A stretch of DNA of 64,000 nt, taken from Tubiluchus corallicola (lineage: Eukaryota > Animalia > Priapulida). Shown here in pieces: positions 1 through 15,000 of the stretch; within the stretch, counting starts at the first letter, position 1; each line of letters starts with the position of its first letter. The stretch covers positions 15,838 through 79,837 of the forward strand of contig JAQGDQ010000928.1 of NCBI GenBank assembly GCA_030141605.1, given 5' to 3'. A program made the position numbers and the translations under genes. A model generated the notes under the pieces. The model was not told where the DNA came from. It did no database searches and was given only the letters and a program-made list of their open reading frames with translations.

Positions 1-644
1 CGAACATTAAAATAAACCTAAATTCCTAGAAGGCTTCGCCTTTCCTTTAATTAGCCCTTCATCCCGCCAAGAAAAATCCACTTCTCAAGGGATATATAAG
101 CAGAGGCGCCGGGATTTAACGGTTACTCTTGCTCTGATGTTTATTGTTTAACTTTTGTGTCGCTACTTATGATGTTAGCTGGATATTATACTACATGCAT
201 ATACGGTCAATTATAGCTTTAGTATTACAACATTCAACTTTATTAGTTTGGTGTTTTCATTATATAACCAAACAATAAAAACCAATATGACATCAACCTT
301 CATTACTGTCCTAAGTACTCGCAAATTTAATGGTTTGGTAGACAGCCAACAATACATGTCAGAGGTCAAGAAACATGACGAGATGATTTAGTCTTTTACC
401 AGTTTCCCCTATAAGTGTCGATTATAAGTGATCTCTTTACACTGACATCCAGCGACGAGACAAACGTAGCCTATTGATTTTAATGAATCGTTAATTTTTA
501 TAAATAATTATTTTGCGTGCTACAATTGGTATGTGAACTCACCTTTTCTCAGTAAAGACCACTCGCTAATTTAACCAATATATTACGATTCCGTAAATAT
601 CTTGAGAGTTCTACAGCAGGAATAAGCATTGATTTTTTTTGTAG

Positions 645-2818
645 TTTGTATGACGGGGAAATCAGTGGAAGAATGGCCCGCGACACCTTAATTTTAGCTG
701 GTTATCGAATACCAAAGAAATCAGTGGTAACGGCTTCGACGAATAATATTGTTTCGAGGAAACATTATGTGAAAGAGTGTGTCGCTTCAAGGAAACGTAT
801 TACTACGAGGAAACGTGTTGTGAAAGCAAGGAAACGGTTTGTTGATGCAAACCTGAAAAGGTGAGAGCACAAAAAGTGAACAGACCTTTAGGCCGTTGTG
901 TTTTATTCTTATACTGTTTCTTGATAATTGCAATCATTATTGTGATTATTACTAACTGGCCCTTATGTTCTTATACACGCCGTTTGAAGATGATGTCACT
1001 ATTTTAACGAACTTTAAGATACTTAAAGGACAAGAAAAGGGGTACCTGAACTATGTTTCAGAAAAATCGCTTTGAAAAATTTCAGACAATAAAACTTCAC
1101 AGTCGTCAGCACTGAAGATATGCCACATTGCCGGTAAAAGAACGTCACAAACTGATATGTAAATGAAATTTTCACTTTATTTGAACTATTTTAGCCATGA
1201 TTTTTCAGCGGTTTTGACATCTAGGAAAAAAGAAAAGGTTTTTTGGATAAATACTAGAAAAACTTCGAAAAAGTACTACCGAAAATTATCTGAAATTTCG
1301 GTTACGAAGCTAAATAAATTTCGTCGAAACTGAAACCTAAACTGAAAGTGCAGTTATCTGCAAACCGAACCGGAAATTTCATTTTGATAACATCCCTGCT
1401 TATAGTTGACAGAAGGTAATTCTTTATAAATTTCAACTTAGAAAAACTTTGCTTACAGCTAGCCACACTGATGGCTTTAGGCAAACTTTTCTCTTTTAGA
1501 CAATTGAAGAAAATTCCTCAGTCTCTTTTTCTTGATCTTGTCTTGTGCCATATTGGCATGAGGTGTGTCATCATATCGATTAACAACTTTCACATTCACG
1601 GATATTTCACATTGCGGGACAGTGTGACAACAAAACAGCACCAAGAAGCCAACTTCAAAATTTAGCCATTTTGGAAAAGAATCGACAAAAAGTACCTCAA
1701 ATCACAAGAAAGTAATAAAATTATATCAAGTGGCACAAAAATGCGCCAAAGTTTTGATCATGATATTATAAGAAGAAAATAACGGAATCTCTTGAAAATT
1801 GCTACGATGATGCAGCAGGCCATTTTGTATAAACAGTAAAAATGTGCCATTTTCTTAGATTTTTCAAAACATATAGCAGTTTTAGAACAAAAAGTGATAG
1901 AAATAAATGCCGGAATAAATTTTGTACGTCACTATTAAAGAAATTTACTTTGTGTCCAAAATTTTCTGAAAATGCTATCATTTATACTTAAGATTATATT
2001 AAACATTGATGCATATCTAGTTTTTTTATCTACCTGTCTATTTTTGTGCAATGCATTCTTTAGAACTGTCATGAATGAGCATTTGAGCATTGTAGAATTG
2101 TTGCAAAATATTTCACTATGCAATGGCCGCAAAAGGGATGGACGATAGATCAGGAATATTATGAATATTTATTGATGGTGTAATTATGTGAAGAGCTTGT
2201 GTTATAGGCTTATTTTAGTGATACAACAACGAATTAAACATTGAATTGAGTGAAAATAGTTCAAATGACTACCATAAGGATGCATACAAATTAGTCCAAT
2301 CCAGATGAGCTCTAGTCTCAGCTCCCAGTGAGCTCCAACTTGGTAAACTTTACATGTTAAGCCTTTTTCATTTAATACAAGAATTCATAAAACCCATGTG
2401 GACCTGTAAGTGTATTGCGGAGTAGGTCCGAATGTGATTAGATTTTCGAGTTTTTCGTCTTCTTTCAGCCTTGCACAGAGGAAGAAAAAATCTGCTGCGA
2501 CCCGAAAATTTAGGTTTAATAACTTACACTCACTTTCAAACTATACCTAACAGTTTGTGCTTTAGGGCCTACTTTAATGTGCTGCTTTCCTTTTTTGTTT
2601 GAAAGCGTATAAATGGACCCAATTGGCTCTTCAAATGTAGAGCGTTTGTGCATTATGGATTATAGTTTTGTACTAGCAAAAGCCAAAAACAGAAGGTCGC
2701 CTTGACTTTTGCATTGTTGCTCATCTCCTCTCTCGCTCTCTCTTTTGCACTCACTCACTCTCTATCTCCCTTTTCCCCTCTCTGTCTTAAATTTCGTACA
2801 CATATACAAGCGCGCACG

Positions 2819-2849
<31 letters not shown>

Positions 2850-2958
2850 TTCTCTCTTACTCTCTCTCTCCCCTGGTTTTTCCCTGCAATTTCTCTCTCT
2901 CTCTCTCCCCTGGTCTTTCCCTACAATTTTCCTCTCTCCCCCCTGGTCTTTCCCTGCA

Positions 2959-3057
<99 letters not shown>

Positions 3058-6000
3058 TTTTTCTTCTCTCTTTCTCTCTCTCACACACACACACACTCTC
3101 TTATTTCCAATATAGTCATTCACCTTTGCCCTGTGAAATCTATATTTATTAAGCATTGCTCATTAGAAGTGTCTGTATCTAATAACTCTAATAAGCCCTT
3201 TCACAGTTCCAGCCATTGATGATGATCTTGAAAAGGTCAAACTGATGAAAAATAAAAACACAGTAGACCATGGCGTAATTTGCAGTTAAACTTAAGTTGC
3301 CTTAACTGTATAATGCATTCAGATCTTAACAAACCAAGACTTTTGAAAATTGGCTCAATATGAGCAAGATATCGAGTACCTACAACGACGCAAATTGATA
3401 TTTATAATCAGTATCACTATTTAGCATTTATGACAGCCCTTCTAGAGCCGTTGCTGCTTAGAAAGTTTTTTCTGCTTGTCTTGTTTTTGGTTTGAGTTTT
3501 AGGCTGTTGTGTAAAGTTTGCTGTAAAAGCTTGCAATGGTTATTAATAAAATTTACTTTTTTCTAGGGAAGCACAGCGGTTGATTTTGCCACGAGAAAGT
3601 TCACCAGCTGTTGATCTCACACTAGTAAAGCAGTTGCAACATCTACAGCGAGCGGCTTCTCTTCGTTTATCTTACGGCCACATGCTAGGTAAATTTTTTC
3701 TCTTGCAAATGTGTTTTGTGCTTGCTTATTAGGTGAGCCACTGTTTAGATGGGTTTAGTCACTGTAGTGTGGTTTGTTGTGGTTTGGTAGTGTAGGAATA
3801 GCTGTGGTGGGTTTGTGTGCAAAATTCTTTTGTGGGGTTTTGCTAGTTGTTTCTGCTGATGTATGTCTGGACAGATTCATTTGCATATATGTGGTTTTTG
3901 TGGCCAAGAAAGATCTCAATCTAATGTGGTCCCAGTGATGGTTTATGTTTTGAATTTGAGCTGCGGGGAAGTGAAGGGGTGAAAAACCACCAAAAATTGC
4001 TGTTTTTCACTTGCTTTTACACAAAACTTATGTTCCATAATTTGAGAGAATGGAAAAGCATCAGTGGTGCGGCCAGTAATGGTTAGAAAGTCCGTACGAT
4101 GGTGGTTGTAGTAGGCAACTTTTCCAAAAAAATTGTGCAAGCAGACACCAAAAAAAATAAATTTGTGCAAAAGTTTGACATCTTTGGAAAAAATTAGACC
4201 ATTTCCAAAAAGAGGAGACAGCCCACATCTATAATCGTTCAAGGTGTCCACTGGATGAAATGGGAAGTGCATATTTCAAAGCTTTATCACCTCCCCAGTG
4301 CTGCTTGCTATTTGAAATACCTATTATTCTTGCCTTTCGAAAATTATTCAGCCATTCTAGGCATTGTCATCACCCAGCATTTTACTGTGTCATAGAGAGC
4401 GATATGTAAGTTGAATCTGTTAGGCTGTTATCACCTGTGAATTAGTAAGCAAAGTAGTAAGCAGTAGAAATGTTATTGATTTTTATTGAATGGGTCTAAT
4501 AGCATTTGTCATTGCACACTATAATGCTTTATTATAACTTTCTGTAAAATGTTTTTGCATGGTTTCTCTATGCTGCTGTGAAGCTGTATTGTTGTTGTTG
4601 TTGTTACTTTGGTGGTAGTGGTGTTGTAGGTATCTTCATCATCATCATCTTCATTGTGTGGTGTAATGTGGTGAGTGTGGTATGATGCGGTGTGGCGTGT
4701 TGTTGTGGTGTGGTGTGGTTTGACTTGTTGGTATGGTGTGGTATGGTATGGTATTTTGTGGTGTGGTATAGTCTGGAGTGGTGTGGGTTGGGCCCTATTG
4801 TTAACTATTTCTTGTATGTACAAATTTTATGTATGTGATGATTTGTTAGTGATATGAGCCATGCCATTCTTAAATGTGCTGTTAGTTGAAACATGATATT
4901 CTAACAAATATTAACCATTTGTATTTAATCAAAGTATGTCATCCGTTCATATTTCTGTTAACTAACTAATGCAGTATGTAATATCTCTAAAATCACCGTT
5001 CTTGGTGGGAAAGTGGTCTGACCACTATAATGTGTCAAACTCAAGCCTTGCAGACTGCGAATATACCTGAGCACAAACTTTTTACAGGGGGATCAAGCAA
5101 TGTTAGAATTATTATTGAAACTTATGAATGTAAAGATATTAAAGTTAAACTATGTACGCATCTTTTCAAGAGTGGACATAATGAGTTTGAGTTGTTTAAT
5201 CTATCCAGATAGTTCATTGGCTAGGATCGTGATGTGACTGTTGCGACACACGGTGTGATACATTTCACCCTTTGTGATGAACATTAGCTTTAATGTTTAG
5301 CACAGCTGCTTACCTTTTCAAAATCTTTGCATTGTTTAAAATTATAATGGTGTTAGATTATGATTTTGGATTAAATTTTTTTTGCCCAAATTTTGTATTT
5401 TTTTACTGCAGAGGAAGACAATATACCAGCAGCACGTTCCATATCTCTCCCAGCTGTAGATAGCAACCAGGGAACTACCAGCAACTCAGGAACAGGTAGG
5501 CAATGTACATATAACATTGTATATAAAATTAACATTAACTTACCATAAAATGAGGTTACTTGAGTCAGCAGGATTAGTTGAAGCAAAACTGGGGACAAGA
5601 TTTATGCGCTGGTTTATAAACTTTGCCCACAGTTTTATCTCAAATAATCCAGCTCGCTTCAATTAACACCATTTTCTGGTACGTCTTATATTTTATTTTT
5701 TGCGTTGTACAAGCAGGCTATTGCAAAGATATGCATGAGTTCACAGTCCAGAATCACCTTAAATATACAAAAAAACAGAAAATTCTCATTTCCCATTTTT
5801 TATCTGTTCAGGTGTCATTACAAGATGATTATAAAATAAGAACTGAATACAAAAATTTAATCATTTAGGTGTGAATTGCAAAAATGTTATAAATTAAAAC
5901 AAAATTGTAAACGTAGTGTTACAAGGTAGAAATGTTACATCAAATAGAAATTGCACTTCTCTTTAACTTGTCTAAAAATAATCCATTTATCTAATGAATT

Positions 6001-9000
6001 TATCTCCAACAGTGGTATTCCAGATTTCAAATTTAAATATTCAAGCAGCGAAAAGATAGTTTTGTGTCAAGCAGTAAGTCCTGTACACCAAGTAATTTTG
6101 TGTCAAAAGTTAAGTATGCCTAACTTCATAAAAATGTTAATTTTGCTGAACATCTATGATAATGCCTAAGGACTCTTTTTTCCTGTTATTGTGACATTAG
6201 TAAATTATTTTTGTATTTAAGTAAAGCGACACATAAATCCTGCATTATTCTCACTAAATGCAGAAAAGTCCTACAGACAGTATATTATTCATGTGTTTCT
6301 AGCAGAATATAGGAATTAGGAATGCAGAAGTAACAAAATGCCTACTACTCATTGATTTCTATTGTCAGTATACCTTAGAGTCATGGTAATAAAATCTCAA
6401 CTGAAAAGTGCAACGATCACCCTGTAAACTTAGAGCGTAGGTAGCTGGACGAAAACGACCACATTCGAGTGAATATGGATCACGCATCACACATTGCATC
6501 TAATTGCGCATCATGTTGCACATGGAAACATTTTCATGTGTTCAAATACAAACTTTTGTACATACGCATTACGGAGCACGCATCACGTACTAATGACCAC
6601 CATTAATGAACAAAAATGCTGTAAGAGCCAAAAATAAACGTGTTTTCATACAACTGCCTATTTTTGGCAAATAAGTATAAATTTTTCAAAATAGAATTTT
6701 ACTGCTGATAGGTTTTGAATAATTACTGCTCATTTGCAAGGCATCTAAGAAGCAAAAGAGTAGCCGATTGTAGAAACAACTTAGAAGTAAAGTATAGGAG
6801 TATTTTCATACACATGTTTCGCAGATTGTAGAAACAACTTAGAAGTAAAGTATAGGAGTATTTTCATACACGTGTTTTGCAGAGTTGTAGAAACAACTTA
6901 CAAGTAAAATATAGGAGTATTTTCATACACGTGTTTAGCTGATTGTAGAAACAACTTAGAAGTAAAGTATAGGAGTATTTTCATACACATGTTTAGCCGA
7001 TTGTAGAAACAACTTAGAAGTAAACTATAGGAGTTTTTTCATACACGTGTTTCGCAGGTTGTGGAAACAACTTAGAAGTAAAGTATAGGAGTATTTTCAT
7101 ACACGTGTTTCGCAGATTGTAGAAACAACTTAGAAGTAAAGTATAGGAGTATTTTCATACACGTGTTTTGCAGATTGTAGAAACAACTTAGAAGTAAAGT
7201 ATAGGAGTATTTTCATACACGTGTTTCGCAGATTGTAGAAACAACTTAGAAAAAAAACAACAGAAGTAAAGTATAGGAGTATTTTCATACACGTGTTTCG
7301 CAGATTGTAGAAACAACTTAGAAGTAAAGTATAGGAGTATTTTCATACACGTGTTTCGCAGATTGTAGAAACAACTTAGAAGTAAAGTATAGGAGTATTT
7401 TCATACACGTGTTTCGCAGATTGTAGAAACAACTTAGAAATAAAGTATAGGAGTATTTTCATACACGTGTTTTGCAGATTGTAGAAACAACTTAGAAGTT
7501 AAGTATAGGAGTATTTTCATACACGTGTTTCGCAGATTGTAGAAACAACTTAGAAGTAAAGTATAGGAGTATTTTCATACACGTGTTTCGCAGATTGTAG
7601 AAACAACTTAGAAGTAAAGTATAGGAGTATTTTCATACACTAGATTGTAGAAACAACTTAGAATAAAGTATAGGAGTATTTTCATACACGTGTTTCGCAG
7701 ATTGTAGAAACAACTTAGAAGTAAAGTATAGGAGTATTTTCATACACGTGTTTCGCAGATTGTAGAAACAACTTAGAAGTAAAGTATAGGAGTATTTTCA
7801 TACACGTGTTTCGCAGATTGTAGAAACAACTTAGAAGTAAAGTATAGGAGTATTTTCATACACGTGTTTCGCAGATTGTAGAAACAACTTAGAAATAAAG
7901 TATAGGAGTATTTTCATACACGTGTTTCACTCACAGATTGTAGAAACAACTTAGAAGTTAAGTATAGGAGTATTTTCATACACATGTTTCGCAGGTTGTG
8001 GAAACAACTTAGAAGTAAAGTATAGGAGTATTTTCATACACGTGTTTCACTCACAGATTGTAGAAACAACTTAGAAATAAAGTATAGGAGTATTTTCATA
8101 CACGTGTTTCACTCACAGATTGTAGAAACAACTTAGAAGTAAAGTATAGGAGTATTTTCATACACGTGTTTCACTCACAGATTGTAGAAACAACTTAGAA
8201 ATAAAGTATAGGAGTATTTTCATACACGTGTTTCACTCACAGATTGTAGAAACAACTTAGAAGTAAAGTATAGGAGTATTTTCATACACATGTTTTGCAG
8301 ATTGTGGAAACAACTTAGAAGTAAAATATAGGAGTATTTTCATACACGTGTTTCGCAGATTGTAGAAACAACTTAGAAGTAAAGTATAGGAGTATTTTCA
8401 TACACGTGTTTTGCAGATTGTAGAAACAACTTAGAAGTTAAGTATAGGAGTATTTTCATACACGTGTTTCGCAGGTTGTGGAAACAACTTAGAAGTAAAA
8501 TATAGGAGTATTTGCATACACGTGTTTCGCAGATTGTAGAAACAACTTAGAAGTAAAGTATAGGAGTATTTTCATACACGTGTTTTGCAGATTGTAGAAA
8601 CAACTTAGAAGTAAAGTATAGGAGTATTTTCATACACGTGTTTCGCAGATTGTAGAAACAACTTAGAAATAAAGTATAGGAGTATTTTCATACACGTGTT
8701 TCGCAGATTGTAGCAACAACTTAGAAATAAAGTATAGGAGTATTTTCATACACGTGTTTCGCAGATTGTAGAAACAACTTAGAAATAAAGTATAGGAGTA
8801 TTTTCATACACGTGTTTCGCAGATTGTGGAAACAACTTAGAAGTAAAATATAGGAGTATTTTCATACACATGTTTCGCAGATTGTAGAAACAACTTAGAA
8901 GTAAAGTATAGGAGTATTTTCATACACGTGTTTCGCAGATTGTGGAAACAACTTAGAAGTAAAGTATAGGAGTATTTTCATACACGTGTTTCGCAGGTTG

Positions 9001-12000
9001 TGGAAACAACTTAGAAGTAAAGTATAGGAGTATTTTCATACACGTGTTTCGCAGATTGTAGAAACAACTTAGAAGTAAAATATAGGAGTATTTTCATACA
9101 CGTGTTTCGCAGATTGTGGAAACAACTTAGAAGTAAAGTATAGGAGTATTTTCAAGATTGTAGAAACAACTTAGAGGTGAAGTAAAGGAGTATTTTCATA
9201 CACGTGTTAGAAACAGTGTGTGAAAGATGACACAAGTGCAAGAAATTGTTTACAACACAACAAGTCACTGGTTAACAGGTTTATTATGAGTAGATTTAAA
9301 ACAGTAGATTATCTTCACATCGACAAAACCGATTAGCGGTTATAGAGTGCAAAGAAACAGAAATTATAGCGAAATTATCAGCTTAAACAGAAAATACTTC
9401 ACAGCAGATTGCCATTTGCATTTCATCTCTGTACTGAGTACACATGCAGACACGCAAAAACTGAAACAACAAGATAGTGAAATCGTTTGGATTAGTGCGT
9501 GAAAATAAGAAATCGAAACGGGAATAAGTGCGTTAACAAACGAAGTCAAATCAAAACAAATGTGTGAATGTGCGGAACTCACACAGTGACTGCATTTAAT
9601 TGTTTTCTTCAAGGCTAACTTCATTTAATATAATATATCAATAATAGGCATTTGGGATGATGGGAACAGCCACTTTCATGGAGTTTGCTTAACTACAGAT
9701 TTGAAGCAGCGTCAAGCTTTATACCTATAACTTCAGGTTCTGTATAAAAAAACAAGCCGTAGTGATTACCACTTGTATAGATACAAAATTCCTAGATTGA
9801 GAACTCACCACAAACTGCAGTTCAATTTAGTACAGTTTTATTGTGAGACACATTTTTTCTTTTTTAGTGAACAGCTTGAACGTGAATGTTCTAAGTCAGC
9901 ATCTCAAGCTCAGAAGTTGAGTGTGGAACTGGAGCGTGTCCGTCAGACATTGGCGATGAAAAATACGGAGAATAGTCGCTTGCAGGAAGAGCAGCTTGAT
10001 TTGGAGAATCTGCTCAGAGATGTACAGACTCAGCAACGATGCGCTGATGAAGCTGTGAGGTTAGAGAAGAATTTGCAGGACACTCTTATCACAAGGTATT
10101 TAAACGATTCTCTTGTTTTATCGGTTTGATGCCAGATACCTTAATGTTAATTCGATAATGATACAATGCCATACTTTTTTGTAACGATACGATAACGACA
10201 AACTACTTTCTAGATGATATGATACGATAAATTATTTCAAACAATAAAAAGGTACTAAAGTTAGACTATATATGCAATAACAAAAGTATTATTAATAATA
10301 AAAATTATTAAGTGCGTTCAGTGTTGTATACATAAATGGTTGCTAGTTATGAAACACAAGTTTGATTGTCATAATGATTTATTATTAAGTAAGCTGCAAC
10401 AATTAAATATATTACTGAAATAAAAATATTTGTCTAATTGAGCTGCACATGACTGAGGAACTGACACTAAGATACAGTACAGTGTATTTGATATCGGCAC
10501 ATCAGTATCAAAGCCACTATACTTTGTCAGTATGATTCAGAATGAACATAGACATTATTGCGAGGCAAAAGTACAAGAAAATGATTTACCATCTGACGAG
10601 CTTATAATTTTTGCAACGTTACGTGCCAAATTTGATACGATAATGATATTCCCAGAATATTATTGAAACTATAGTGACAAAACTGTTATAATGCCCTCAT
10701 TTACAAAGCTAACTGCTCCTTAGTGCCCAGATCTTTAGCAGAACAAAACAGGTTAGACATGTAAATATTAATCCACCTCGGCATATTACCAACTTTTTTG
10801 CAGTGTCGGAATAGGCGGTATAAAAAGATTTGATTGTATGCAGGACAGTAATTAGAGAGAGAAAGCTTTTTAAATAATAATTAAAATGAAAGAGACGGAG
10901 AAAGGGAGAGAACGAAAGAGAGTGTGAAAGTGAATGATGAAAAGAGAAGGAAGTAAATGAGGAAGATGTTTCTGAATATTTTATGTGTAAACCTCCAATT
11001 ATATCCTGCAGTTCTGTAAAGAGATTTTTCTAACGATTTGCTGAGGAAATTTCATATTTGTGAAAATTCTTCATCTAGTAACATGGCGAGAACTTTTGCT
11101 GTATAGGTGGCTGAGCTTGAAGGCGATGAAGATAAAATCTTAGAAGTTCCAGCAAGTGAAGACGAAGTGGATGTCGCAGAATTAAAGAGTGAACATCATT
11201 AATCTGTTCGAAGTATTGCCACAAGACTTGATAAACAATATACTGCAATGGTGGGGAACACCTCATTTTGTTCTTTGTGTCGTCATAGATTTATGCCAAC
11301 TTATATACTAACTAACTATTTATGCCATTTTGTACTAACTAAGCACCTCGATTACGAGTGATTCTATCCAGTTAGTAACACATATTAAGGAAAACTTTCA
11401 TGGAGTAATTTGTTACCCATTTGACCTTTATCTTAATATAAAAATTCCATAGTCAGTTAAGGGTTAATAATAATTTTTTTTCAGAATTCAGGAATTGGAG
11501 GCTGAATTAGTGAAACTGACAACAGTATACACAGAGCAGAAACCAGCGGAGGTATCTGTGTCCAGCAGGTTAGTCAATCTGACATTTTGAGTTGCCATTA
11601 AGATTCCGGCTTGCATTGTGCCATACTCTAGAAAAAATATACTAATACTTTTATAATGGAAAATAGTATGATTTGTCACATCCTTCCTCATTTTGAAATA
11701 TGGTAAAATGCTTACATTTTAACTCATATAATAATGCAAAAGTATTTCTGATAATTAAATAATAGATTAAAAACTTAATTGACAGCAGGCGAGCCCTAAT
11801 GATGATGACTTCACAACTGCACACATTCCACGAGCGTCTTGCACGTGTTTCCGAAAGGAAAAATTGAAGTACAGTGCTACTGTAAAATATTTAGTTTGAT
11901 ATACAAAAACTCGGCAAATTTTAAGTTTACATTTGTGCTCACGCATGAGCTCTCGAACGTATGCAGTACGTCGCAGCTGAATACCTCTGAACTGAGAGGT

Positions 12001-15000
12001 ACAGAACCTGTTTTTTGTGCATCGTGCTTCCTGCCAGAGAAGAAATAGCCGCAAGAATGCGAATTACATTTCTGTGGTAATAATTTTTTCTTGTAAATCA
12101 TTCTTGAAAAAAAGTACTTTCCCTTTCAATAAATAGAATAGATTGCTTTGAACTATAGTTTAAGCTTGGGTCCAGTTTTCCATTAAGATCACTATAAGAA
12201 CGAAGCTTTGATCAATGACACAGTTACCTTTTTTGATTTTATATATCGTTTACAAAAAGTGCTTTTTAATTTTGCCTTCCTGATGGAAAAATTACGCCAT
12301 TCTCCTAGAATTTTGTTTGTTCAGTTTGTCATTCTGACAGACTGTTTACGATGTAGATGATTGTTGGTTTTCAGGTCAGAGGTCGCCTTGCTGATGCAAG
12401 ATTTGAAGAATGAAATACAGAGACAGATTGACACTTCACTATCACATTTGAATAGTGAGAGCAGTAATGCCACCACATTGCAAAGACAGGTTAGTACAGT
12501 TGAGATAAATATCATAGTAGTAAATGTTTCGCAAGTTGAACCTCTTGATACGAAGTGCACAAAAAAGTTCTGATTTTGAGGGTTGATAAACAGATATTAG
12601 AGAAAAATGGATTTTCTTTGCCTTTTTTCACATCTTTTCAAAACTAAAACCAAAGAGAATTGAAAATGTCAACACTAGCATTATTACGATAATCATCTTT
12701 ATTATCAGAAATTGATTCACCCTGGAGAGCCAAAGTGTTTCAGATTAATCCTGTATCATCTTCAGGCAGCACAAAATAAAAAAAACAGAGTGATGGATAG
12801 AATCAACATCAATACCACCCAAATTCACAAGGGGAGTCAGTAATGCTAAAAAGAGAGCTGAAATGGTTTTGTACAACATGATGTATCAGACAAATGCAAA
12901 ATTGTAATAGTAGATCTCTCACTTTGCCTAAGCGATTACAAAATTTTGCTATAAAACATAGTCATCCGATCAGCTTAATGGGATTTATCCAAAAAGTTTT
13001 GGCTGATCGTCTATGGAGCAATTTCTGATAACAAAGATGACTTTCTTATTATTGTTAGTGTTGACAAATGGAGCCAAACCTTGTGCAATGAGAATTTGTT
13101 TTCCAAATGTTTTAGATACACAAGAAGCCTGAGATAGTCCTGTGATATAATGGGTGGTGATTATTTTTATCGTGTATGTCACTCATCATACATTTTGTAC
13201 CTGTGTGCCACTTGCAGCCAGAAAAACAGAAAATTCCCAGTTTTTCCCATTATTCCCAGTTTTTTAGATTACTTGGAAACTCTCACATTGTGTGAATCGA
13301 TCAACCAATTCTGTCGACTTCCACAACAATGATTACAGCAACATAATCTAGTCTCCGTTGGAAATAAAGCAGACTTCCACAACCATGATTACAGCAACAT
13401 AATCTAGTCTCCGTTGGAAACAAAGCAGACTTCCACAACAATGATTACAGCAACATAATCTAGTCTCCGTTACAAATAAAGCAGACTTCCACAACCATGA
13501 TTACAACAACATAATTTAGTCTCCATTGCAAATAAAGCAGACTTCCACAACAATGATTACAGCAACATAATCTAGTCTCAGTTGCAAATAAAGCAGACTT
13601 CCACAACCATGATTACAACAACATAATCTAGTCTCAGTTGCAAATAAAGCAGACTTCCACAACCATGATTACAACAACATAATCTAGTCTCAGTTGCAAA
13701 TAAAGCAGACTTCCACAACAATGATTACAGCAACATAATCTAGTCTCCGTTACAAATAAAGCAGACTTCCACAACAATGATTACAGCAACATAATCTAGT
13801 CTCAGTTGCAAATAAAGCAAAGAATTTACATTTCTTTTTCTGCAAATAGTTAGCCAGTATTGAGCAAGCACTAGACATCGAAAGGGCTGAGCGTCGAATT
13901 GAACATGCAGAAATGCAGACATTGAAGGACAATAATGAACGACTTCGTGAGCAAGTGACTTCTCTCCGCAAGCGTTTCTTAAGCAGCAGTGAAGAAGCTG
14001 CTCAAAGGTACATTGTTAATAAAACCTGTACGCTATATGCAGTGGCAGCTCGTAGCTAAAATTACTGGGGTGCTGCTTCAGAAAATTTTTGGTCATTGTT
14101 TTAAAACTGTGTCAAACGAAACAAACATATGTGATTTTCATGTTGTAACTTGTAATTGTAATTTTAAACAAACAAACATGCGAAAATTTTTGCATAAACT
14201 TGGTAAAATCCTAAACACAAAATATTGTTTGCACTTACAAATAGTCTAAATTGTCACAGTTCAAGAATATGCCAGTACACGACTTTCAACACACACTGCG
14301 AGAGCAACAGTACTCTTTCTACCCAAAGAGCAGCATCGTATCTCAGACATGTTCGCATGGCCTCATGTGCTCAACAGCCACACACCATGTTGCTTGAGCT
14401 GTGAACGCTCTGTGCTGGGCTGTGAAGCAAACAGTACTACCCTCACATGCACAACAGCCACACACCATGTTGCTTGAGCTGTGAATGCACTGTGCTGGGC
14501 TGTCAAGCAAACAGTACTACCCTCATGTGCACAACAGCCACACACCATGTTGCTTGAGCTGTGAACGCTCTGTGCTGGGCTGTGAAGCAAACAGTACTAC
14601 CCTCACGTGCACAACAGCCACACACCATGTTGCTTGAGCTGTGAACACACTGTGCTGGGCTGTGAAGCAAACAGTACTACCCTCACGTGCACAACAGCCA
14701 CACACCATGTTGCTTGAGCTGTGAACGCACTGTGCTGGGCTGTCAAGCAAACAGTACTACCCTCACGTGCACAACAGCCACACACCATGTTGCTTGAGCT
14801 GTGAACGCTCTGTGCTGGGCTGTCAAGCAAACAGTACTACCCTCATGTGCACAACAGCCACACACCATGTTGCTTGAGCTGTGAACACACTGTGCTGGGC
14901 TGTCAAGCAAGCAGTACTACCCTCATGTGCACAACAGCCACACACCATGTTGCTTGACCTGTGAACACTCTGTGCTGGGCTGTCAAGCAAACAGTACTAC

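Noticed and set aside
2702-3156. SLSL/ERER ORFs (also at 30115-30506 and 54997-55588)
   Set aside because: Dinucleotide microsatellite artefacts.
6766-9208. Regular array superficially like a CRISPR
   Set aside because: Units are head to tail with no unique spacers, there are no cas genes, and it lies in a eukaryotic intron.
14363-14830. Three near-identical 75-aa ORFs
   Set aside because: Frame-rotating translations of the 80-bp repeat.
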